From positions 480,001-544,000 of the forward strand of contig CBDCXV010000011.1 in NCBI GenBank assembly GCA_965223905.1: a stretch of DNA of 64,000 bases, in the 5' to 3' direction. Numbering within the stretch: the first letter of the stretch is position 1; every line of letters begins with the position of its first letter. A model generated the notes under the pieces. It did no database searches, was not told where the DNA came from, and worked only from the letters and a program-made list of their open reading frames with translations. The position numbers were made by a program, and so were the translations under genes. The DNA is from Candidatus Latescibacterota bacterium. Its GTDB lineage: Bacteria > Latescibacterota > UBA2968 > UBA8231. Below are positions 1 to 9,079 of the stretch, piece after piece.

Positions 1-288
1 GCCCAACAAGCGCAAGACCACGGGATCGTCCCGGTAATAATCGACGTCTCGCAGCCGCCGGAAGCCCAGCAGCAGATGCAAGATGAGCCACATTACAATG
101 AGATGGGGACCAAAGATCGCTGAGCTATTGGCGGGGAAGCATGGCTTCAGTCGAGCCTTGAGATCCAGGCGCTGGAAGAGGAGTTGAAAAACAATCGTTC
201 CTGCAAAGGAGGTAAGCTGTTGATCCTCGAAGCGAAGACGCGGGAGCTTGTGAAAACGGGCTAAAATGGCTTGTTTGCTACACTTCAC
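1..288 (-). CDS. IS1380-family transposase, N-terminal part (runs off window start)
   Basis: Manual translation from GTG at 288 (AGGAGG upstream): VKCSKQAILARFHKLPRLRFEDQQLTSFAG...LLLGFRRLRDVDYYRDDPVVLRLLG, typical of an IS1380 N-terminus. Not in the ORF track. Confidence 0.75.
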   Translation of the reverse strand, partial: MKCSKQAILARFHKLPRLRFEDQQLTSFAGTIVFQLLFQRLDLKARLKPCFPANSSAIFGPHLIVMWLILHLLLGFRRLRDVDYYRDDPVVLRLLG

Positions 289-420
289 TTGCGGTGTCCT
301 CCTGGAAGGGGTCGATAAATGTCTTGGTCGACATCATCAATACCCCATTTTCAGAGGCGCCGCAAGTGAAGTGTGGCAGTTCAGAGATGAAAAATGTCCT
401 GTTTTTATGCAACCAGAGGG
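1..420 (-). mobile_element. IS1380-family element, left end
   Basis: Transposase start plus probable terminus CCCTCTGGTTGCATAAA (minus strand, ending at 420), exactly where IS481-like coding begins. Confidence 0.55.
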
Positions 421-616
421 TAACGCCTTGCGTCAACAACCCATCGGCTTGGAACCCATTGACGACGGAGTCTGGGAGGTGTGGTTCGGTCCCCTTAGAC
501 GGGGTCGCATGGACGAACGACAGCTCACCATCACCGACGCTTTGGGTAAAGCCGCTCGCCGGAAACTGTACACCATGTTGCCGGACTATTCTGTACAGGA
601 TGTACCCGACCGCTCA
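421..616 (+). mobile_element. IS481-family remnant (transposase C-terminus and right end)
   Basis: NALRQQPIGLEPIDDGVWEVWFGPLRRGRMDER resembles IS481 C-termini. Followed by tandem end motifs TGTACACCATGTTGCCGG (567-584) and TGTACAGGATGTACCCGA (592-609). Confidence 0.65.
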
Positions 617-1372
617 ATCCTATTGCTGGTTCATTGGGCCGGCTAAGGCTCTGCTAACATCGGCAGATCACACCTGAAGCGGTGGCCTGGTTCCACGTGA
701 CAGGAGGAACAGAGATCGAAACAAGCTGTGTTTCAGTTTTTGCCTGCACGTTCGTGTGGAAGCCCCGAGAGGAGATTTTGTGGTGGACATGGAACCTGCC
801 ACCCCAGCCATTCCTCCAAGACTCCGCACAAGTGGCAGGTGTAAGGGATCCAATCCCTGGCTTTGGCTACTCTTTATTTATCGCTCAGTTGCTCCACGGT
901 TCATCTGCCGGGGATCCTGAGGGACGGGTGTAACGGAGAAAAACGTGGCCTCTTCAAGGCTTTGTAACAGGAACTGCTCCAGATGGGACCTGAGTTCGGC
1001 CTGATGAAACCAATCCGGTATCTCTACCTCGTTCCACTTTCCAGCTTTTCAGCTTGTACGAAGAGGACTGAAAATTTGTGCCCTTGCACTCTAGCTCCAT
1101 GTGTATGCCGACCCTCTTGGACGGGGTCCAACCCCTTCCCTTACACCTTTGACATCCGGACTTGCAGAAAGCACCGAATGGACGAGGAGGTCCTCCTTGC
1201 CAAAATGGAATAGCGCCGCTATATTCCGCCTCCTGTGCCTGTTCGAGATCAGCGATCCATTTGACTTCTTGTTGACTTCTTGACTTCGGTCCCGGACAGT
1301 TGGGATAGACTGATCGGATATTGATGCCGAACGGGAGAAGGGCGCTTCTCGAAAAAGAGAGGAAGGAACAGC

Positions 1373-1636
1373 GTGCCCAAGCTGAAATCTTCAAAAAAAC
1401 GACTCGCCAAGAGCTTTGCGCTGAGAACGAGAAATCGAAGCTACGTATCAGCAGTACGAACGGCCGTGAAGACTGTCTACACGGCAGGCGATGCCGAGAC
1501 GGCGCAACTGGCCCTCATATCAGCAGTGTCCATAATTGACAAGACTGCGAGAAAGGGGAAACTCCACTCGAAAAGGGCAGCGCGCACCAAGTCGAGGCTT
1601 ACGAGACGAGTAGCTAGTGTCCCGTCGCAGAGATAG
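1373..1636 (+). CDS. rpsT: 30S ribosomal protein S20
   Basis: 87 aa, basic: MPKLKSSKKR...RNRSYVSAVRTAVK...IDKTARKGKLHSKRAARTKSRL. Last codons are supplied by a MITE. Confidence 0.95.
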   Translation: MPKLKSSKKRLAKSFALRTRNRSYVSAVRTAVKTVYTAGDAETAQLALISAVSIIDKTARKGKLHSKRAARTKSRLTRRVASVPSQR

Positions 1637-1779
1637 ATTGACAAAATTGGGACGCTCAGGCGCCGGCTCACAAGGCGCCTGAGCGAGTCGTACCGAGTGT
1701 GTACGGCGAGTGAAAGCAAACGCCGTGAGCCGGGATATCGGCGTCCCAATGTCGACATATTTCTGCGACGAGACACTAG
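1614..1779. mobile_element. MITE (non-autonomous, IS630-related)
   Basis: CTAG at both ends (1614-1617, 1776-1779). Imperfect ~35-bp TIRs TGTCCCGTCGCAGAGATA.../...TATTTCTGCGACGAGACA are nearly identical to the left end of the IS630 at 2652. Confidence 0.85.
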
Positions 1780-1820
1780 TATGGCCTGAGCAGGTGGCAA
1801 CCAGACGCGATCCTGGATCG

Positions 1821-1856
1821 ACCCCGCGCTTCCTCAGTGAGGCTGCGGGGTTTTTT
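1821..1856 (+). terminator. Rho-independent terminator of rpsT
   Basis: ACCCCGC...GCGGGGT stem followed by a T6 tract. Confidence 0.8.
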
Positions 1857-1910
1857 GCGATCAGTAAGTAGAAAGCACGCAGTTGATCGCTGTTGTATGT
1901 AAAGGACAAG

Positions 1911-2209
1911 GTCGAGTAGCTCAGCCATTCGGCTTTGCCCTCACAGATCCGTACCTACGGCTTTACCGCATACGGCTCCTTTCGAAGGTAACGCGTTGCA
2001 CCAAAGTCACAACGGGCCGCAGTGGGTGATCCGGGGTGGCGGCAGAGAGAAGAACAGTAGCAGGTCCTGAAAGCGGTTCCATGTCAGCCCCCCGTCGACT
2101 TCGCTTGCGAAGACTGCGAAACAACAGTCGCTTGACCTCGTAGTAGAACGAGTTCAAAGCCTTCGCAACATTCTAAACTTCGTGGCTGACTTGCTGCATC
2201 CCATACGAC
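1911..2209 (-). mobile_element. Group II intron 3' remnant (maturase C-terminus, domains V-VI)
   Basis: Minus strand reads GAGCCGTATGCGGTAAAGCCGTAGGTACGGATCTGTGAGGG...CTACTCGAC (DV/DVI and terminal AC). Upstream is frameshifted maturase-like LNSFYYEVKRLLFRSLRKRS / LTWNRFQDLLLFFSLPPPRI. Confidence 0.85.
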
Positions 2210-2278
2210 TGAGGTGGACCCCGGAATTCGGACAGTTACGTTAGGTGGATCCAACCCCTCTACGGAAGGACTGGAGAC

Positions 2279-2560
2279 ATGGGAAAACGACGTAGCTTTT
2301 CCACCCAATTCAAGGCCAAAGTCGCCTTGGAGGCCCTGGTCGGCGACCTGACCCTGGCCGAGCTGGCTGCCAAGCACAACCTGCATCCGAACGTGATTGC
2401 CCAATGGAAACGGCAGGCCCGGGAGAGCCTGCCCGAGGTCTTCGCCCGCAAGACCTCTTCCGGCGCCGCCGACCATGAGGCGGAGGTGAAGGCGCTGCAC
2501 GCCAAGATCGGGCAGCTGACCGTCGAGAACGATTTTTTGTCACGCGCCTTCGGTCGTTGA
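2279..2560 (+). CDS. IS3-family transposase OrfA (HTH)
   Basis: MGKRRSFSTQFKAKVALEAL...LHAKIGQLTVENDFL. Confidence 0.9.
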   Translation: MGKRRSFSTQFKAKVALEALVGDLTLAELAAKHNLHPNVIAQWKRQARESLPEVFARKTSSGAADHEAEVKALHAKIGQLTVENDFLSRAFGR

Positions 2561-2651
2561 GCTGCGACCGAAGGGAAGCGATAATCGATCCGGATCATCC
2601 CCGGCTCCCTATCGTGCGCCAGTGCACCTTGGTCGCCCTCTCGCGATCCAC

Positions 2652-3825
2652 CTAGTGTCCCGTCGCAGAAATAACTAGCGTAATATCCGCTTCGTGGGTA
2701 TTTTTCTCCAAGGACCTTTTCCGAAGGAGAGCCCCGATGCGATCAGGACGCCCGTTGGTTCCGTTTGAATTGAGTGAATCGACCCGAAAGCAATTGCAAT
2801 CCCTAGTCCACTCCCGCAGTACTCCCCAAGGTCTGGTTCGTCGGGCAGAGATCGTTCTGCTGGCCGCCGACGGGTGGCCCAACCTGGCCATTGCCAGCTG
2901 TTTGTCCACTTCGCCGGCGACCGTTGGAAAATGGCGCAAGCGCTTTGTGGAGCAAGGTCTCATGGGCCTGTATGACGAGCTGCGTCCGGGGGCGCCGCGC
3001 TCCATCGATGACGAGCAGGTGGCAGCGGTAGTATACAAGACGCTCCACGAGAAGCCCGAACACCAGACCCAGTGGACGGTGCGCTCCATGGCGGCCGCGT
3101 CGGGGATATCCAAGGACACGGTGCATCGCATCTGGCGCACTTTCGGCTTGCAGCCCCATCGGCAGAAGACCTTCAAACTGTCCACCGATCCCTTCTTCGT
3201 GGAGAAAGTGCGCGACATCGTCGGTCTGTATCTGCATCCTCCCGAGCATGCCCTGGTGTTATGCGTAGACGAGAAGAGCCAGATCCAGGCCCTGGAGCGC
3301 ACTCAGCCGTTGCTGCCTTTGGGCCTGGGCTATGTGGAAGGGGTAACCCACGACTACAAACGCCATGGCACGACCACCCTGTTTGCGGCGCTCAACATCG
3401 AGAGCGGAGAGGTCATAGCGCAGTGTAAGCCGCGCCATCGGCATCAGGAATTTCTCCAGTTTCTTGGCCACATCAAGGCTCAGGTACCGGCGCATCTGGA
3501 CATTCATCTGGTGGTCGATAACTACGCTACCCACAAACACGCCAAAGTAAAGCAGTGGCTGGCTCGACACCCCCGCTTCCACCTCCATTTCACCCCGACC
3601 TATGCGTGCTGGCTCAACCAGGTGGAGATCTGGTTCGGCATCCTCACGCGGCGGACGATTCGACGCGGCTCCTTCAGGAAGGTGAAGGAATTGATCCGTC
3701 GCATTGAGCACTTCACGGACCATTGGAACCAAAAGGCCCACCCCTTCGTATGGACGGCCACGGCCGATTCCATCCTCGCAAAGATCAAAAGATTTTGTGA
3801 GCGAATTAATGAGACAGGACACTAG
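2652..3825 (+). mobile_element. IS630-family element (apparently intact)
   Basis: CTAG-TGTCCCGTCGCAG ... GAGACAGGACA-CTAG ends around a full transposase gene. Confidence 0.92.
2737..3825 (+). CDS. IS630-family transposase
   Basis: 362 aa; HTH region plus DDE motifs CVDEKSQIQAL, VVDNYATHK, WLNQVEIWF. Confidence 0.95.
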   Translation: MRSGRPLVPFELSESTRKQLQSLVHSRSTPQGLVRRAEIVLLAADGWPNLAIASCLSTSPATVGKWRKRFVEQGLMGLYDELRPGAPRSIDDEQVAAVVYKTLHEKPEHQTQWTVRSMAAASGISKDTVHRIWRTFGLQPHRQKTFKLSTDPFFVEKVRDIVGLYLHPPEHALVLCVDEKSQIQALERTQPLLPLGLGYVEGVTHDYKRHGTTTLFAALNIESGEVIAQCKPRHRHQEFLQFLGHIKAQVPAHLDIHLVVDNYATHKHAKVKQWLARHPRFHLHFTPTYACWLNQVEIWFGILTRRTIRRGSFRKVKELIRRIEHFTDHWNQKAHPFVWTATADSILAKIKRFCERINETGH

Positions 3826-4939
3826 TGCACCGCGGCAGAAAAGTGTCCGCCTATTCAGGCGACGAGGGCGCGGCCGGTGTAGGTCCACTTGAAGGGCTTG
3901 GCCAGGGTGCGGTTGAAGTATTCGATGAAGGCCAGAACGCGCTCTTTGAGCTGGTCCACCGAGGCGAAGCTGGCGCGCTTGAGCAGACGCCGAACCAAGA
4001 TGCTGAACCCCAGTTCGATCTGGTTGAGCCACGAGGCGTGTTTTGGGGTGTATACGAAGCGAATGCGATGGCGGGGATCGGCCAAGAAGGCGGCCCGGCT
4101 CGCGGTGGATCGCAGGATGCCCCGACGGTCCTTCTTCCCCAGATCTTCACGTCACACAGGTCGGCGACCAGGCGGACCAGGGATTCGGATGGGTGCGTGT
4201 TGAGATGGTCGACGATGAAGATCCACTCCCCATCCCAGTCCCTCGCCAGCGTCTGCCGCACGTGGTGGGCGAAGTCTTCTTCGGTGCGTGTGGAAGACAG
4301 GGTGGGCGCCACGATCTGCCCGGTGGCGACCTCGAAGTTGGCGATCAGACAGTGGGTGCCGTGGCGGATATAGTGCTGCTCCTGACGCTCGACGTATCCG
4401 GGCACGGGCCGTCGGGTAGGATGAGCCCGCTGCCTTTGCCTGCCTGCCGGTCTTCTCGTCGCAGCACATAGCGATGATCTGTACGATCTGCTCCGCACGG
4501 AAGTCCCCCCGGCGCCCCGAACGAGGCGCGTCCACCAGGAGAGCCCCGATGTAGCGGCTAAGAGCCGCCGGCGAGTGCTCCTCGGCGCGCGCCAACGGCT
4601 CTCGGGCTCGAGCCCAGCGTTGGCGCCACAGGCTCACCGTGTCTCGGTTCAGGCCCAACTGTCTCGCCAACTCTTTATTGGTTTTTCCGGTGCCGGCAGC
4701 CAGGATGATCCGAGCCCGTTCGGCCACGCGTTGCTCCCCTGTGGGCCGACGAATCCGACGCTTCAACTCCTCCTCCTGGCCAGCACTAAGTTCGATGATC
4801 GCGGCTTTGCGACCCATGACGACGTGCTCCTGGCAACTGGCGGGGAAACCGTCGTGGGAAGCGGATGAGATGCTACAGGGGTACATCCGACACCCCCAAA
4901 AGATACCTATGCGGACACAATTTCGCCCGGATGCACTAG
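3822..4939 (-). mobile_element. Second IS630-family element with frameshifted transposase
   Basis: CTAG-TGCACCG...CGGATGCA-CTAG ends. Fragments RVAERARIILAA...DAPRSGR, YIRHGTHCLIANF...IVDHLNTH and YTPKHASWLNQIE lie in different frames. Confidence 0.85.
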
Positions 4940-5688
4940 TACTACGCGGGTCGAGGGGAAAATTCCTTCAACCGGCAGTTGATGCGCGGCATCGACGAGC
5001 AGTTTCTGGCCACGCCATGGTATGGGTCCCGGCAGATGACCCGTCACCTGCGGCGCCAGGGTTATGAAGTCGGCCGCAAGCGGGTGCGTCGACTGATGCG
5101 GCAGATGGGGCTGACGGCCATCTACCGCAAACCACGGACATCGGCGCCGGATGGATCTCATCGGGTCTATCCGTATCGGCTCGGCCATCTGGCGATCGAT
5201 CGGCCGAAACCAGGTGTGGTGTGCGGACGTGACCTATATCCCGATGCAACGAGGTTTCCATTATCTGGTGGCGATCATGGACTGGGCGACGCGCACGGTG
5301 CTTTCGTGGCGGCTGTCGAATACCCAGGACAGTGCGTTCTGCCGGGAGGCCCTGCAGGAGGCGCTGGCCCGCTACGGAAAACCGGACATCTTCAACACCG
5401 ACCAAGGCAGTCAGTTTACAAGCCGGGATTTCACCGAGGTCCTCGAGCAAGCCGGGGTAGAGATCTCGATGGACGGCAAGGGCCGATGGAGGGACAACGT
5501 CTTTATCGAGCGTCTCTGGCGCTCTCTCAAGTATGAGTGTGTCTATCTGCACGACTTTCAGGATGGACGGCAGGCGCGTCAGATGATCGCAGCTTGGCTT
5601 CGCTAGTACAACGAAGAGCGGCCTCACTCCAGCCTGGCCGAAGAGAGGACGCCGATGGAAGAATACACCCGGCGCAGGGCGGCATGAA
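4940..5688 (+). pseudogene. IS3 OrfB integrase core (frameshift and premature TAG)
   Basis: PWYGSRQM...RKRVRRLMRQMGL; NQVWCADVTYI...FNTDQGSQFTS...DNVFIERLWRSLKYE; WLR*YNEERPHSSL. Confidence 0.85.
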
Positions 5689-5890
5689 CGCGACAGGAAA
5701 CGGGCGGGTGGACAAATGTGCCAAGGGCGGGTGGACTATCCTGCGCCCAGCGAAAACGGCTATCCCGCAGAGTCGGAAAGGAGATCTCAGGGAAACCCGG
5801 AACAAGAAGGACAGGGCAGCAAATTAACCACAAGGAATCCACCTTAATCCTGCTGTCCGGCTGTCCAAAGAATGGGGTCCACCTCTCGGA

Positions 5891-6808
5891 TCAATCGTAG
5901 ACACCAGCGCTCAAGTATCTCAAACCGCTGTCGCAAAGGATGGTCACCACCTGCTTGCCCTCCCCCATTTCTCGGGCAACCTCGACAGCTTTGAACACGT
6001 TGCCTCCGGCTGATACACCTACGAGCAAACCTTCTTCGCGTGCCAAGCGGCGCGACATGGCATATGCGTCGTCGTCACTCACTGTCCGGACCTCATCCAG
6101 GATGTCAATGTCGAGGACTTCGGGGACAAACCCTGCACCGATTCCCTCGATATAACTGAGGCCGGGGTCTCCACCGGACAGTACTGGAGATCCCTCCGGC
6201 TCAACCGCAACCACCCGCATTTCGGGTAAATCTCGCTTTAGGACTCCACCGACGCCCGTAACCGAGCCACCGGTACCTACACCAGCCACAAGCGCGTCCA
6301 CCTGCCCGTTCATCTGTTGCAGGATCTCACTACCCGTTGTGCGTCTGTGTATTTCGGGATTTGCCTGGTTCGCGAACTGCTGCGGGAGGAAGTAGTCAGG
6401 GTTCTCAGCCTTCAACTCGATGGCCCGTTTAATGGCACCTCGCATACCCTCAGACGCAGGTGTGAGGAGAACCTCTGCTCCATACGCCTGCATCTGCAGC
6501 CGTCGCTCGCGGCTTGCAGTGTCGAACATGGTGACGATCAGCTTGTAGCCCTTGACCGCGGCAACCATTGCCAACCCGATACCTGTGTTGCCACTCGTCG
6601 GTTCGACGATGGTACCCCCCGGTTTCAGGTCTCCCGCTTCCTCCGCGGCCTCAACCATCGCCAGCGCTATACGGTCCTTCACGCTTCCTCCAGGGTTGGC
6701 TGACTCGAGTTTCCCCCACACTTCGGCCGCCTCTTTTTCAACCACCCGATTGAGGCGCACGATTGGGGTAGCCCCGATCAACCCGAGGACATTTTCAACC
6801 GTTTCCAT
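5891..6808 (-). CDS. cysK: Cysteine synthase A (O-acetylserine sulfhydrylase)
   Basis: NPGGSVKDRIA PLP-lysine motif, EPTSGNTG, QQFANQANP, GVGTGGS. Confidence 0.9.
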   Translation of the reverse strand: METVENVLGLIGATPIVRLNRVVEKEAAEVWGKLESANPGGSVKDRIALAMVEAAEEAGDLKPGGTIVEPTSGNTGIGLAMVAAVKGYKLIVTMFDTASRERRLQMQAYGAEVLLTPASEGMRGAIKRAIELKAENPDYFLPQQFANQANPEIHRRTTGSEILQQMNGQVDALVAGVGTGGSVTGVGGVLKRDLPEMRVVAVEPEGSPVLSGGDPGLSYIEGIGAGFVPEVLDIDILDEVRTVSDDDAYAMSRRLAREEGLLVGVSAGGNVFKAVEVAREMGEGKQVVTILCDSGLRYLSAGVYD

Positions 6809-6984
6809 GAAACCGCCTGGATCTGTTCCGGAGTTGCTGGAATCTCCGCAGTAGTCCGCTCAGGAAAATTCCAGTTAAGGGAAGATCTTCTTTGGAGGAT
6901 TCGGTGGCTGCGCGAAGCCCCATATGAGGCATTCCTGCGGGAAATACAACGGCGGAGCCAGTTCGACCCCAAGCCTGTCGAGGC

Positions 6985-7269
6985 TTACCTGTCGCATCCT
7001 CCCGCTATGGAAGGCACGATAGAAACATTGTCGCCGTCCTTGAGTTCCGTCCCTTTGCCGTCCAGGAAGCGAATATCCTCGTCATTTACAAAGATGTTCA
7101 CGTAGGGGCGAATCTCTCCCGACTCGTCTAGCAGTTTCTCCTTGATGCCAGCGTGGGCGTTTTCAAGGCCCTCGATAAGCTCTTCGACGGATGCCGCATC
7201 GATCTCTACTTCGGCCTGATTGTCCGTCAGTTTTCGGAGTGGAGTTGGAACGTTTACGGAAATTGCCAT
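6985..7269 (-). CDS. MoaD/ThiS-family sulfur carrier (CysO-like)
   Basis: Ubiquitin-like; VNIFVNDEDIRFL...SIVPSIAGG followed by CDR. Confidence 0.88.
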   Translation of the reverse strand: MAISVNVPTPLRKLTDNQAEVEIDAASVEELIEGLENAHAGIKEKLLDESGEIRPYVNIFVNDEDIRFLDGKGTELKDGDNVSIVPSIAGGCDR

Positions 7270-7398
7270 ATCTACCTCCTTTTGCTGTGTGGGATCTTAC
7301 TCGCCGTTTGATTTTCCAGTGAATTGTTGGCATCGATTCCGCTCGAGATTGAGAAGCCAAGGTACGGCCTCTCCAGAATTGTCAAGGCCTCCCGAGAT

Positions 7399-7875
7399 TC
7401 ACGCCCTGCCGACTTCCACGCCTGCTTCTGTGAAATCCCGCTTTTCCTCGTCCCATGCGAACGCCTTGTGGCCGCGGACGCCGTCGCCGAATACGGAGAC
7501 GACAAGATACACGGCATTGGGAAAGGCCGGCTCGTCCCAGGCCATGGCGCGTTCCTTGTCCTCATCGGAGAAGTAGGCATTGCAGTCGATGTGAGAATGA
7601 TAGAATCCGGAAACCCGACCCCCTTCGCCCTCGACCGCGGCAATGATCCGAAATTGTTCCTGAGAATCAATGAAATAGGCGATGCGGGCGTCCCGAGGGT
7701 ACCGCTGTGGATCTTCCTGGTGCAGGCGATCTTGGATGTTCGCACACGGGTGCACCTGCGATATCGCACTACCGCTTCCTGCCGTAAGGATCCCGCAGCA
7801 CTCGACCGGGTGCTGCTCCACTGCATGTTGGACTACCCGCCTCATTCCTTGCTGGCTCAGTCTAAGAACCGGCAT
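7399..7875 (-). CDS. JAMM/MPN+ (M67) metallopeptidase, Mec-like
   Basis: PVECCGIL and FYHSHIDCNAYFSDED (HxH-x7-S-x2-D motif). Confidence 0.9.
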   Translation of the reverse strand: MPVLRLSQQGMRRVVQHAVEQHPVECCGILTAGSGSAISQVHPCANIQDRLHQEDPQRYPRDARIAYFIDSQEQFRIIAAVEGEGGRVSGFYHSHIDCNAYFSDEDKERAMAWDEPAFPNAVYLVVSVFGDGVRGHKAFAWDEEKRDFTEAGVEVGRA

Positions 7876-7890
7876 TCTGAACCAACCTCC

Positions 7891-8820
7891 CTAAGCCTCC
7901 ACATTTCCGGCTCCTTTCAGTGTCTCGCGCCACATTGGCGTACTCATGTACTTGTCCCCGCCATCGCAGAACACCGTCACGACCACCCCTTCCTCAAGCC
8001 CACGTGCCACTTCGACCGCGGCCCAGTAGGCAGCTCCCGACGACTGCCCAACGAGCAAACCCTGCTCCCTCGCCAATCTCAAGGTGGTGTCGTATGCAAT
8101 ATCGGTATCGACCGTGATCTTGTGATCGAGAAACGATTCGTCATAAATCCGCGGCACGATGGAACTCGCCATGTGTTTGAGGCCCTCGATCCCGTGAAAA
8201 GATTCCGGCTCGACGCCCACGACCTTGATCGCACTGTTATTTCCCCGCAAGCCACGTCCAGTCCCCATCGCGGTTCCGCTCGTACCAAGTGTCGCGACAA
8301 AATGGGTGACTCGCCCTCCCGTGTCGCCCCAAATTTCCGGTGCCGTGGTGTCTCTGTGCGCTTTCCAGTTCGACGGGTTGTTGTACTGATCCGGCTTGAA
8401 GAAGTCACCGGGGCCGTTCTCGTAGATCTTTCGCGCCTGAAGAATTGCGCCGTCCGAACCCTCACCCGGATCGGTCAGAACGACCTCGGCACCGTACGCC
8501 GAGAGGATGGCCTTTCGCTCCCGAGATACGCTCGCAGGCATCGCCAGCAGTACGCGGTACCCGAGGGCGGCGCCGATCATGGCGTAGGCTATTCCCGTGT
8601 TTCCCGATGTCGAGTCGAGGATGACCTTGCCCGGGACGAGTGCCCCGCAAAGCTCGCCATCCCGGATCATGCGCAGAGCAGGCCGGTCCTTGACCGACCC
8701 ACCAGGATTGAAGAATTCGAGCTTGGCGTAAAGCTCGACGTTTCGCGGGATTTCCTCGTCGTACAGGCGGAGAAGTGGGGTCTTGCCGATTTGATCGACT
8801 ACCGACGCCGTCCCAGTCAA
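7891..8820 (-). CDS. cysM: Cysteine synthase family protein (CysM-like)
   Basis: FNPGGSVKDRPA, DSTSGNTG, LGTSGT; co-oriented with mec and the sulfur carrier. Confidence 0.8.
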   Translation of the reverse strand: MTGTASVVDQIGKTPLLRLYDEEIPRNVELYAKLEFFNPGGSVKDRPALRMIRDGELCGALVPGKVILDSTSGNTGIAYAMIGAALGYRVLLAMPASVSRERKAILSAYGAEVVLTDPGEGSDGAILQARKIYENGPGDFFKPDQYNNPSNWKAHRDTTAPEIWGDTGGRVTHFVATLGTSGTAMGTGRGLRGNNSAIKVVGVEPESFHGIEGLKHMASSIVPRIYDESFLDHKITVDTDIAYDTTLRLAREQGLLVGQSSGAAYWAAVEVARGLEEGVVVTVFCDGGDKYMSTPMWRETLKGAGNVEA

Positions 8821-8880
8821 GCGCTGCTCTGAACCTTTACCTGCCGATCGTCATTCACTGCTGCCCCGAGGGCATGGTTC

Positions 8881-8908
8881 AATATAGCCTTGGACAATAG
8901 ACTGTCAA
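8881..8908 (-). promoter_or_regulatory. sigma70-like promoter of the cys operon
   Basis: Minus strand TTGACA-N16-TATATT. Confidence 0.55.
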
Positions 8909-8979
8909 CGCGCGCTGTGAAGGCACCTATCTTCCGTGAACACACTGAGTTGCAGCATATTCGCGGCACCTGATGTCGG

Positions 8980-9008
8980 TTGACATTGGCAGGGGTTCCC
9001 CATATAGT
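8980..9008 (+). promoter_or_regulatory. sigma70-like promoter of aspS
   Basis: TTGACA-N17-TATAGT; implies the real start is the ATG at 9080 rather than 9008. Confidence 0.7.
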
Positions 9009-9079
9009 TGAAAGCTTACGCCGGCATCAATGCAGTGCGTCCGGATCGGAATTCATCTTCTCTAATCAGCAGTGTGGAT

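Larger units (their letters stand above)
2210..5886 (+). mobile_element. IS3-family element interrupted by two IS630 elements
   Basis: IRL TGAGGTGGACCCCGGAATTCGGACAG and IRR CTGTCCAAAGAATGGGGTCCACCTCT; orfA plus a split orfB. Confidence 0.9.

Noticed and set aside
617-1320. Short ORFs and a triple TTGACTTC repeat upstream of rpsT
   Set aside because: No recognisable protein motifs; the repeat gives no well-spaced -10 and is too short to interpret.
1645-1752. Structured sequence after rpsT as a riboswitch, ribozyme or sRNA
   Set aside because: It lies wholly within CTAG-flanked TIRs matching IS630, so a MITE explains it; no riboswitch or hammerhead core consensus is matched.
1790-1856. T-box or attenuator (GGTGGCAACC plus terminator)
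   Set aside because: No stem I/specifier and no downstream gene; it is the displaced rpsT terminator.
2653-5606. TAG recoding suggested by two in-frame TAGs in IS3 orfB
   Set aside because: The element is also frameshifted and interrupted, and many genuine genes here end in TAG.
7324-8832. 502-aa plus-strand ORF
   Set aside because: Antisense shadow of cysM and mec; no recognisable motifs.
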